DNA of 64,000 nt from IMG/VR virus record IMGVR_UViG_3300020460_001009, one strand, 5' to 3'. The DNA comes from an uncultured virus (IMG/VR IMGVR_UViG_3300020460_001009). Its lineage: Duplodnaviria; Heunggongvirae; Uroviricota; Caudoviricetes. This document shows positions 18,106-26,691 of the stretch, piece after piece; position 1 is the first letter of the stretch; each line of letters starts with the position of its first letter. The notes under the pieces were generated by a model that was not told where the DNA came from, searched no databases, and saw only the letters and a program-made list of their open reading frames with translations. The translations under genes and the position numbers were made by a program.

Positions 18106-18708
18106 TTAATTATATAGTTGAGGGTGGGACTCGGGAGTGTAACCCTTGGCACGAAGCAGACGTTCACGTGCTTGACGTTCACGTTCACGATATTCCTCAA
18201 GCAACCTACGACGTTCCTCGATTTGACGTTGCCTTTCAAGTTCTGCTTGAAGTTCCCGTTCTGCACGTTCCGCACGAAGTCGTGCGGCCAGAAGTTGCTT
18301 TTCTTCATGACTCATGTAAGTATAATCCGTTCCAACACGACCACCATGTACAGGTGAATCTGGATTGGTATGAACCACTTGACGAGAACGCATCCGTTCT
18401 TGTTCACGTCGTTGAAGTTCTCGTTGATGTGCTTGCTCACGTGCAATTTGCTCCTGTCGTTGACGTTCGTTACGAGCATCCGCACCCTTTCCACTCTGAT
18501 TTCCGATGATCATTCCAAGGACAGAACCAATGATGATTCCTTCCTTTTGCTTACCATGTTGGTGACCGATGATTCCACCGACCGTTGCTCCACCAAGAAC
18601 ACCACCAATAGTACGGGATGTTTGCTTTTGACCCCAACCATCTCCTGCGGACAAAGTTCCACCCGTGAGAGTCGTTGCGATTGCGATTAGTAGTAGTGTA
18701 TTTCTCAT
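18106..18708 (-). CDS. secreted glycine-zipper protein with R/E/Q coiled coil
   Basis: signal peptide, GGVLGGATVGGIIG...GIIIGSVLGMIIG zipper. Confidence 0.75.
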   Translation of the reverse strand: MRNTLLLIAIATTLTGGTLSAGDGWGQKQTSRTIGGVLGGATVGGIIGHQHGKQKEGIIIGSVLGMIIGNQSGKGADARNERQRQEQIAREQAHQRELQRREQERMRSRQVVHTNPDSPVHGGRVGTDYTYMSHEEKQLLAARLRAERAERELQAELERQRQIEERRRLLEEYRERERQARERLLRAKGYTPESHPQLYN

Positions 18709-18804
18709 TTCTATTTTTTTTCTATTGTTCGTAATTAATTTTACCCCTTTACATTAGCAAATATGTCACCCAAAGTCAACCCTAAAATTATAAAAACTCC
18801 AACT

Positions 18805-19674
18805 TTATTTTGTGGACTTTTCAATTAAATCAATGACCTCTTCCATTGAAATTTTTTCGTGAGTCTTTGCCACAAATCCATTCTTGTGAGCAAAAAGAAC
18901 TCGGTCATCATTCTCAATCTGAGAAAAGTCAATCTTGGGACTATCGTTCAAACGGAACAAGCATAGTCCGTCACCTCTGTCATCGTTGGTAATGGTAACG
19001 ACTGCATTTGGATGTTTCTCCTCCACATAAGCACTCAGTGCAAATGCAGGATCTTCATTGCCTTGGATTTCCACCGAAAAGACAACTTCATTTCCAAGTG
19101 CCTTGGAAGAAACTACCGTCTTGGAAAGTTCTTCCCACCTATTGGTAAACAACTCAAGTGTATTCAATAACTCAGAACCAATTGAAGTCATGAGTTCAAT
19201 CATCGTTTCGTTGAGTTCGGTGAGTTTTGAAAACATATGAAGTATCGTTTCTTCAATCGGGGAAAACGTTACGTCTGAAATCTTGTTCCACTCAACTCCG
19301 ATTTCGTTTGCCACGAAAAACGGACCCTTGCTATCAAACTTCTCGGTGGAATCCAACCAACGGAATCCACGCAAGGATTCTTCGTAGATGGTCATATCCT
19401 TGAGCAAAAGAGTCAATGCACACGTCGGAGCATGGTCACGATCAAACTGATGGTGGTCGAAGTTTGAAAGTTCCGGTTCGTGTCGTTCTCCTACGTCACC
19501 CACTACCACGTATGGATTCCTCAATTCTTCTTCGGTTGGGTCACGTCGGTGAACCACGGGTACTACACCCTGTTCCTTGCACATGGCAAGAACGAAGCAC
19601 ACAAACAAGAAGTCATCACGATGAGCACCTCCGGGATGAACTACTATTTTTCCTACTTTTCTAAAATCTATCAT
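18805..19674 (-). CDS. MYG1-family metal-dependent hydrolase/exonuclease
   Basis: HPGGAHRDD, RRDP, DVG, FDHHQ, FAHKNGF motifs. Confidence 0.85.
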   Translation of the reverse strand: MIDFRKVGKIVVHPGGAHRDDFLFVCFVLAMCKEQGVVPVVHRRDPTEEELRNPYVVVGDVGERHEPELSNFDHHQFDRDHAPTCALTLLLKDMTIYEESLRGFRWLDSTEKFDSKGPFFVANEIGVEWNKISDVTFSPIEETILHMFSKLTELNETMIELMTSIGSELLNTLELFTNRWEELSKTVVSSKALGNEVVFSVEIQGNEDPAFALSAYVEEKHPNAVVTITNDDRGDGLCLFRLNDSPKIDFSQIENDDRVLFAHKNGFVAKTHEKISMEEVIDLIEKSTK

Positions 19675-19688
19675 ATCAGTTTCTTTCG

Positions 19689-19919
<231 letters not shown>

Positions 19920-20010
19920 AATATCAAATATACGCATTAAAGATTTACCAAATCAGTGAGGGCTATCATCCTCGTTCTTAAGGTTAGTGTGAACAATGCG
20001 TGAAAAGTGT

Positions 20011-20172
20011 TCAAGTGGTTAATGCGGGTTCGGATTCTACTTCCTCCGTAAGTTCTTCATCTGCTTCTTCCGCAAGCAAACGATTCAACTCCTCCAATCC
20101 AAGGAACTCGTCCTCAAACTCCTCAGGAGTGACTTTGGCAAAAAAATTAACTTCATTATCTCTCATTGTCAT
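20011..20172 (-). CDS. small acidic protein (53 aa)
   Basis: MTMRDNEVNFFAKVTPEEFEDEFLGLEELNRLLAEEADEELTEEVESEPALTT directly after a promoter. Confidence 0.55.
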   Translation of the reverse strand: MTMRDNEVNFFAKVTPEEFEDEFLGLEELNRLLAEEADEELTEEVESEPALTT

Positions 20173-20178
20173 ACGTGT

Positions 20179-20207
20179 ACTCTACCCTATTTTCTATAAA
20201 AAGTCAA
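20179..20207 (-). promoter_or_regulatory. sigma70-type early promoter
   Basis: TTGACT-17 bp-TAGAGT with ATG 6 nt downstream. Confidence 0.7.
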
Positions 20208-20226
20208 CAAAAAAGAGCCTCTTTAT

Positions 20227-20263
20227 AAAGAAAGATGGACGGAAAACTCAATTTCCGTCCATC
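20227..20263 (-). terminator. intrinsic terminator after the cys/galE operon
   Basis: GATGGACGGAAA-ttgagt-TTTCCGTCCATC followed by TTTCTTT. Confidence 0.75.
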
Positions 20264-20304
20264 CCATGTGACCAATTCGTGGTAGCGAACTTGTCTAAAG
20301 TTTA

Positions 20305-20505
20305 CTAAGAAGAACCATTACCAGAATCTTGCTCCCACAGATACCAATAAAAATCGGTATAGTTTTTGTCAAGTTCTTCCATTGTTTTCTCAAATCGTTT
20401 CAAAAGTCGTTCCGTCACTAAGTCAGGTTCATTCCTATGCTCATTGGCAACTTCACTTTCAATGTTCATATCATGCTTTCTTGTTTTTATGTCCGCAACA
20501 TCCAC
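20305..20505 (-). CDS. hypothetical protein
   Basis: 66 aa ORF with GGAGG RBS overlapping the end of galE. Confidence 0.5.
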   Translation of the reverse strand: MDVADIKTRKHDMNIESEVANEHRNEPDLVTERLLKRFEKTMEELDKNYTDFYWYLWEQDSGNGSS

Positions 20506-21529
20506 CTCCGCAACATTTGCTTGAAATTGCTTTTTGCCATTTCCATACTGATGTTACCATTTCTTTCAATCCAAGTTGTGCTTTCCAACCCAATAACTTG
20601 TAGGCATAACTAGGGTCAGCATAAATTGCTTCAACGTCACCCTTTCTACGATTTCCGTAATGAGTGTTTACTTTAATGTCGTTTTCCTTTTCAAATGCGT
20701 CAAGAACCTCCTTGACTGAATATCCTTTGCCAGTTCCTAAGTTCACGGGTTCTCCTTTCAAATTCTTTTTTACCGAAACTTCCAATGCTACGACGTGTGC
20801 CTTTGCCAAATCCACGACATGAATATAATCACGAACACAAGTTCCGTCTTTGGTGTCGTAGTCATCACCAAACACAGTAAACAAATCTCGTTTTCCGATT
20901 GCGGTCTCGGCGACGTATGGCAAAAGATTATCAGGAGTTCCGTTTGGAAGTTCTCCGATTAAAGCAGTTTCGTGTGCGCCGATTGGATTAAAGTAACGAA
21001 GAAGCACCGAATTGAAATCATGTTCACGATGCATATCTTTTATCATTTGTTCGTTGATTTGCTTGGTGCGACCATAAACACTTTCCGCAGGTTTCTGTGG
21101 AGTTTGTTCGGTAACTGGCAAATCATCTGCTTCACCATAAACAGTACAACTGCTACTGAAAATCAAATTACCGACATTGTATCGTTTCATTGCCATCAGC
21201 AAATTGTTTGTACCTGCTACGTTGTTGTCGTAATACTTGCTTGGGTATTTCATGCTTTCTCCGACACTTTTGCAAGCAGCGAAATGAATCACACCAACGA
21301 TGCTTTGCTGATAATAACCAATCGCACTTTCAAGTTTATCATAGTCACGCAAGTCCACGTCAAAGAAATGAACACTCTTTTTTGTTATCGCACGAATGCC
21401 ATCAATTACCTTTTCCGAGGAATTTGAAAGATTGTCCAATACAACAACTTCATATCCTTCGTTTAAAAGTTCCACAACGGTATGACTACCGATGTATCCA
21501 AGACCACCAGTTACAATTACAGTTTTCAC
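20471..21529 (-). CDS. galE: UDP-glucose 4-epimerase
   Basis: GGLGYIGSHT, HFAA.KSVGES, FSSSCTVYG, YGRTK, LRYFNPIGAH, DGTCVRDYIHV. Confidence 0.95.
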   Translation of the reverse strand: MKTVIVTGGLGYIGSHTVVELLNEGYEVVVLDNLSNSSEKVIDGIRAITKKSVHFFDVDLRDYDKLESAIGYYQQSIVGVIHFAACKSVGESMKYPSKYYDNNVAGTNNLLMAMKRYNVGNLIFSSSCTVYGEADDLPVTEQTPQKPAESVYGRTKQINEQMIKDMHREHDFNSVLLRYFNPIGAHETALIGELPNGTPDNLLPYVAETAIGKRDLFTVFGDDYDTKDGTCVRDYIHVVDLAKAHVVALEVSVKKNLKGEPVNLGTGKGYSVKEVLDAFEKENDIKVNTHYGNRRKGDVEAIYADPSYAYKLLGWKAQLGLKEMVTSVWKWQKAISSKCCGGGCCGHKNKKA

Positions 21530-22860
21530 TTTATCATTCCAGCTGCAATCGTTTCGTTGGTTTGTGTATCAATTAAAATGAAACTTCCGTTTGCACGATT
21601 ACCTTCAAAGTCATCTAAGTTTATTGGTTTGCTTGTTTTGATGCTGATTCTCGCAATGTCATTTAAACCAATTTGCAATGATTGATCGTCTGCTTTGCTG
21701 AAAGTGTTTACGTCCAAGGTATAAACCTTTTTGGTGATCATTGCGGTTACTTCGTTGCTTCCGTGTTTCAAAAGATATTTTTTGCGTGGAAGCATAACGT
21801 CTTCGGACATCCAACAAATCATTGCGTCAAAGTTTTGCGATGATTTAGGCAAATTGTCTACACGGGCAATCATATCACCACGACCTGCATCTATATCATC
21901 TTCAAGTTGCATAACAATGCTTGCGGGTGTACACGCCTCAGTAAGTTCGTCTTTGTATATTCGCATATCTTTGATGCGAGTTTCAAATCCACTTGGAAGC
22001 ACTTGAACCTTATGACCGACTTCAAAACGACCACTTATGATCTTACCTGCGTATCCACGAAAGTCATGCCACTTGTCACTGTGAGGACGAATTACAGTTT
22101 GAATATCAAATCGTGCGTCCACCAAATTGTTGTCCGAGAAAATTTCAATGTTTTCAAGCATACCAAGCAAGTGGCCACCTTTGTACCAAGATGTTTTTTG
22201 TGATTTGGTTGTAACGTTATCTCCTTTTAATGCTGATATGGGAATGAAACGAATATCGTTGCAACGAAGTTTTGCACTAAATTCTTTAAGTTGATTACGG
22301 ATTTTATTGAATTGTTGTTCATCGTAATCAATCAAGTCCATTTTATTTACCGCATAAATAACATGAGGTATTTTCAAAAGACTTGCAATAAACGAATGTC
22401 GTCTTGTTTGTTCGGAAATTCCGTTTCGGGCATCCACCAAAATAATAGCAACATTACTTTTGCTTGCACCTGTAATCATATTGCGTGTGTACTGAACATG
22501 TCCAGGAGTATCTGAAATAATGAACTTGCGATTCGCAGTATTGAAGTAACGATATGCTACGTCAATCGTGATTCCTTGTTCACGTTCACTTTTAAGTCCG
22601 TCCGTCAAATAAGCAAGATTCACATCTTCCTCACCCTTCTTCTTGGAAGTGGCACGAACAGCTTCGTATTGATCCTTCATCACACTTTTGGTGTCATAAA
22701 GCAAACGACCAATCAAAGTGCTTTTGCCATCGTCAACACTACCCGCAGTTGAAAGACGAAGAAGTTCGTTGTTCTGCAACTTATCAACGTTCTTCTTTGG
22801 TTCTTCTTTTTTGTTTCCCGCAGGTTTCTTATTCTGATTCTTTTTATTGTTCTTTGCCAT
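21526..22860 (-). CDS. cysN: sulfate adenylyltransferase subunit 1 (GTPase)
   Basis: TAGSVDDGKSTLIGRLL, EREQGITIDVAYRYF, DTPGH, NKMD; start reassigned to 22860. Confidence 0.95.
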   Translation of the reverse strand: MAKNNKKNQNKKPAGNKKEEPKKNVDKLQNNELLRLSTAGSVDDGKSTLIGRLLYDTKSVMKDQYEAVRATSKKKGEEDVNLAYLTDGLKSEREQGITIDVAYRYFNTANRKFIISDTPGHVQYTRNMITGASKSNVAIILVDARNGISEQTRRHSFIASLLKIPHVIYAVNKMDLIDYDEQQFNKIRNQLKEFSAKLRCNDIRFIPISALKGDNVTTKSQKTSWYKGGHLLGMLENIEIFSDNNLVDARFDIQTVIRPHSDKWHDFRGYAGKIISGRFEVGHKVQVLPSGFETRIKDMRIYKDELTEACTPASIVMQLEDDIDAGRGDMIARVDNLPKSSQNFDAMICWMSEDVMLPRKKYLLKHGSNEVTAMITKKVYTLDVNTFSKADDQSLQIGLNDIARISIKTSKPINLDDFEGNRANGSFILIDTQTNETIAAGMIK

Positions 22861-22861
22861 C

Positions 22862-23767
22862 TTAGAAATATCCTTGTTGCTTACGGTCTTCCATACTTGT
22901 TTCGGATTTCTTATCGTCTCCTCTTGTTCCTCGTTCGGTTGTAGTTGCACTTGCTACTTCCGCAATAATATCATCAATGTTATCTGCTTTACTTTCACAC
23001 GCACCTGTACAAGTTACGTCACCGATTGAACGAAAACGAACCACTTTATCTACAAGTTTTTCACCTTTTTTAAGTTGAACGTAATCAGCATGACCATACC
23101 AAACTCCGTCACGTTGATAGCATTTTCTTTTGTGCGAAAAGTAAAGTGACGGCAATGGAATGTTCTCTTGTTTCAAGTATGTCCATACGTCAAGTTCCGT
23201 CCAATTGCTGATTGGAAATACTCTAAAATGTTCACCTTGATTTTTCTTTCCGTTAAACGCATCCCAAATTTCTGGTCGTTGATTCTTTGGGTCCCATTGG
23301 CCGAAATCATCACGATGCGAAAAGAATCTTTCTTTTGCTCTTGCTTTTTCTTCGTCTCGTCTTGCTCCTCCCAAACAAGCATCAAACTTGTGATGCTCAA
23401 TCGCATCAAGAAGCACAGGTATTTGCAATTCGTTACGAGTTGCACCGATACCAGTTTCATCATGAACAAGGCCTTCTTTAATTGCATCCTCAACTTTACG
23501 GTCAAACAACTTCATTTTGTATTGCTCAAGAACCTCGTCTCGGAACTTCATAACTTCTGGGAAGTTGTGTCCTGTGTCAACGTGCAACGCGACAAAGGGT
23601 GAGTTTGCAGGGTAAAATGCTTTTGCAATAAGGTGCAGACAGACCAAACTATCTTTACCACCACTGAAAAGCAATGCCGAACTTGAAAACTGAGCCGCAG
23701 CCTCTCGCAATACATGAATGCTCTCTGCTTCAAGTTCCTCTAAGTGTGTTAAATTACATTTTTTCAT
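22862..23767 (-). CDS. cysD: sulfate adenylyltransferase subunit 2
   Basis: LEAESIH, FSGGKDS, GGARRDEEKARAKER, SMEDRKQQGYF. Confidence 0.95.
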   Translation of the reverse strand: MKKCNLTHLEELEAESIHVLREAAAQFSSSALLFSGGKDSLVCLHLIAKAFYPANSPFVALHVDTGHNFPEVMKFRDEVLEQYKMKLFDRKVEDAIKEGLVHDETGIGATRNELQIPVLLDAIEHHKFDACLGGARRDEEKARAKERFFSHRDDFGQWDPKNQRPEIWDAFNGKKNQGEHFRVFPISNWTELDVWTYLKQENIPLPSLYFSHKRKCYQRDGVWYGHADYVQLKKGEKLVDKVVRFRSIGDVTCTGACESKADNIDDIIAEVASATTTERGTRGDDKKSETSMEDRKQQGYF

Positions 23768-23783
23768 CTCGTATCTATAAATA

Positions 23784-24365
23784 TCAAATGGGTTGATTTA
23801 ATATAAAATTAAATAATATATTTGCGGAATAATCTATGGTTCTTCCGGTGGTGTCTATAGTCAAATCTGGGTCACTTGGTGCTACAAACATATTCAAGGA
23901 TTTGTTCATACTTTCCGCATTATCTTTATATAATCCCTTGACGTCTCGTTTTTTAACTTCTTCATGCGATGCTTTGATATAAATCAAACGAAAACGTTCA
24001 CCGATAATTTTTCTTGCTTGCTCACGACTTTCCTCAAACGGTGAAATGAAGCAATTAATTGTAGTTGTTCCGTTATCCAAAAACATCTTGGATATTTCAG
24101 CACTTCTGCGTATGTTTTCTACACGGGATTCCGTGGACATATCCAAATCTGAGTTGATTGTATCTCGCATATTGTCTCCGTCCAAACACTTTACCCAATA
24201 TTCATGCTCCATGAGCATTTTTTCTACGGTTTTAGCAAGTGTGCTTTTACCACTTCCACTGTTTCCTACCAACCAAAATGCCCATGCCTTTCTACCACAT
24301 TTTTCTTCAAAATAGTCAGCCGACAAATAATTGGTCGGGAATATTATATCACCTCCGTTACCCAT
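23784..24365 (-). CDS. cysC: adenylyl-sulfate kinase
   Basis: GNSGSGKST, LDGDNMR, RVENIRR, FISP, RDVKGLY. Confidence 0.9.
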   Translation of the reverse strand: MGNGGDIIFPTNYLSADYFEEKCGRKAWAFWLVGNSGSGKSTLAKTVEKMLMEHEYWVKCLDGDNMRDTINSDLDMSTESRVENIRRSAEISKMFLDNGTTTINCFISPFEESREQARKIIGERFRLIYIKASHEEVKKRDVKGLYKDNAESMNKSLNMFVAPSDPDLTIDTTGRTIDYSANILFNFILNQPI

Positions 24366-24406
24366 ATCAATAAATATGGAAGTATAACAACTTTTATAAT
24401 AACTAA

Positions 24407-25681
24407 TTACCTATTTGTATCATGTTGATATTTCTTGTCCCAGTTTATATCACCATTCTCATCAAAATATGGTGGTTCTGGAATATCAACTTTATTATTC
24501 ATTACCAGTGCAATTCCTACTATTGCAATAACCGCAACCACTCCAAGAACAATCCATAAAGTATTTTTCTTAGGAGACTTTACAGGTTCTTCCACAGGTG
24601 GTGGAGAAGGTGGTTCTTCTTCCACTGGGTCTTCCACGGGTGGTGGAGGTGGTGGAGAAGGTGGTTTTGGCAATGGTGGTTCTTCTTCAACGGGTGGTTC
24701 TTCTTCAACAGGGTCTTTAACGGGTGGTTCTTCTTCAACAGGATCTTCGTTATATGGATCATCACCAATTCTAATAAGTTTCTCTACGTCAATGATTCCA
24801 TACCCCCACGAATTATCACGTCCCATTGCACCTTTATCCTTGGTATATTTAAGCAAATGTTCACGAATTTGTTCGACCGTTTTACAATCGTTCATACCAG
24901 TTGATTCTTCTTGCTTTTTGTGCTTTGAAAGCATCAGACAAATAACACCTGTGATAAATGGACATGCCATCGAAGTTCCACTCAAACTTGCATATCCGTT
25001 GTTAAGAAAGGTACTATAAATGTTAACACCTGGAGCAGCCCATTCCACTTTGTCTCCCTTTGAAGAAAAGTGTGCCACGTTTCCGTATTTGTCATACGCC
25101 GCAATTGCGATTGTTTCATCGTAAGCTGCTGGCCAGTTAACTCCTCCATCTCCAGTATTTCCTGCAGCGCACACCACAGGAATATTCATTTCATAAAGTT
25201 TCTTAATACGGGACTCAAGAATTGGTGAAGGTGCTGAACCACCCAAACTCATGCTCACTACATCCGGTTTCATTTCAATCGCATAATCAAGTGCGTCTGC
25301 CAATCCCTGATAACTTCCACTTCCGTTCTTTGCGAGTGCTTTTACCGAGATGCATTTTGCTTCAGGAGCAACTCCGACCATTCCCGTTTCGTTGTGCTTG
25401 GCACAAATGATACCAGTACAATGGGTGTGATGTCCGTTTTCATCTTCAAGTGGTTCACCTGGAATGCAGTTCTTTCCTTCTATTGCATTATCACCGATGT
25501 CCGAATGAATTGGGTGACCAGTATCAATCACCATTGCAGTTATTCCGTCACCCTTGGTTATTGACCAAGTTGCAGGAACATTAAGTTGTTTAAGACCCCA
25601 ATCAATTCTTTGACTCAGTGAACCAAGTTCTTCGTTCTTCTCGTAATATGGCAATTTTGTTTTTTCGTCCATCGCAATCAA
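24407..25681 (-). CDS. S8 subtilisin-family protease with Pro/Glu stalk and C-terminal TM segment
   Basis: triad VIDTG / GHHTHCTG / SGTSMACP; PVEEEPP repeats; hydrophobic LWIVLGVVAVIAIVGIALV. Confidence 0.9.
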   Translation of the reverse strand: MIAMDEKTKLPYYEKNEELGSLSQRIDWGLKQLNVPATWSITKGDGITAMVIDTGHPIHSDIGDNAIEGKNCIPGEPLEDENGHHTHCTGIICAKHNETGMVGVAPEAKCISVKALAKNGSGSYQGLADALDYAIEMKPDVVSMSLGGSAPSPILESRIKKLYEMNIPVVCAAGNTGDGGVNWPAAYDETIAIAAYDKYGNVAHFSSKGDKVEWAAPGVNIYSTFLNNGYASLSGTSMACPFITGVICLMLSKHKKQEESTGMNDCKTVEQIREHLLKYTKDKGAMGRDNSWGYGIIDVEKLIRIGDDPYNEDPVEEEPPVKDPVEEEPPVEEEPPLPKPPSPPPPPPVEDPVEEEPPSPPPVEEPVKSPKKNTLWIVLGVVAVIAIVGIALVMNNKVDIPEPPYFDENGDINWDKKYQHDTNR

Positions 25682-26106
25682 ACTCCCTGTGAATATTCTA
25701 ATCTTGGTACCTGTACCTCAGTTCTGTTCACCATTACACCAGTTGCGGTTGTCGTTCCGAGAGTATTCTCAACTACTCTAAAACTTTTATCTCTACTACT
25801 GAACTTTACCTTAAATCTGCTCTTGCCATTTTTACCCAAGAATACTATTTCCGAAAATCCATCCAGTTTATGGTGAGTTACCTCAATGTCATGTGTTTTT
25901 ACTTGTGTAACTACCACACCATTGTTAAGCAAGTTGAAATTTTTCAAATCCACCACAACAGAAGACTTGCCATATTCAACATATACCTTGTCAACATACT
26001 CATGCGGTGGACTCATGTCGGATAACATATGCAACTCATAGTTAATGGTTGCGTTGCCAAGAGGAGAATAGTTCTCATAGGCCTTTATATAACTAATGTC
26101 CACCAA
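25678..26106 (-). CDS. hypothetical beta-rich protein; candidate vWD-like domain lacking its first strand
   Basis: 142 aa, TTG/GTG start; alternating beta-strand pattern; the vWD link is inference. Confidence 0.55.
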   Translation of the reverse strand: MVDISYIKAYENYSPLGNATINYELHMLSDMSPPHEYVDKVYVEYGKSSVVVDLKNFNLLNNGVVVTQVKTHDIEVTHHKLDGFSEIVFLGKNGKSRFKVKFSSRDKSFRVVENTLGTTTATGVMVNRTEVQVPRLEYSQGV

Positions 26107-26111
26107 AAATC

Positions 26112-26603
26112 CTACTTCTTTTGCTTTTTGCCTTTTTGGGATGCTTCTTCGTAAAGTTCACGAACCTTGTCTTTGATATCTTCAATCAACTCTCTAGAAT
26201 ACTTTTTCTTCTTTGGCAATTCCCAATAAATAATCTTGTCCGCATGGTCGGCAAACTTTTCTTCAAGAAACTCACGATGCTCATCCGAGTTCATAACGAT
26301 GATGTAATCACACCAAGCAAAATCTTCCGAGGTTAATTTTCTGTGAAACTCATCATAGCAATGAGTTGGAAGCATCAGGTGTTCCTTGCACGCCTTTTCG
26401 GACTTCTTGTTAAGTTTCTTGGTACTCTTCTTCAGGTCTGCACCCGAATTATACGCACATGGATATCGTGAACTTGGATATCGTCCCATTCCGTGTGTGT
26501 TTAACATAAATAGGCATTCCAACTTACCGAGGTTATTGAAGAATGCCTCTGCAAACTTACCTCTGTAAGACTTGCCACTCCCAATAAAAAGTACCTTCTT
26601 CAT
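26112..26603 (-). CDS. low-molecular-weight PTP/ArsC-like protein lacking the catalytic Cys
   Basis: KKVLFIGSGKSYRGKFAEA vs canonical VLFVCxGNxCRSxxAEA; LT.EDF...DYIIVM. Confidence 0.7.
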   Translation of the reverse strand: MKKVLFIGSGKSYRGKFAEAFFNNLGKLECLFMLNTHGMGRYPSSRYPCAYNSGADLKKSTKKLNKKSEKACKEHLMLPTHCYDEFHRKLTSEDFAWCDYIIVMNSDEHREFLEEKFADHADKIIYWELPKKKKYSRELIEDIKDKVRELYEEASQKGKKQKK

Positions 26604-26640
26604 ATTATAATAACTATATTATATACTCAATTTTTTAATA

Positions 26641-26670
26641 GAAAAAAAAGGAGTCAAACTCCTTTTTTTC
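26641..26670. terminator. bidirectional intrinsic terminator
   Basis: AAAAAAAGGAG-tcaaa-CTCCTTTTTTT. Confidence 0.7.
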
Positions 26671-26691
26671 AAAGTTAAGTAGTGTACAAAC

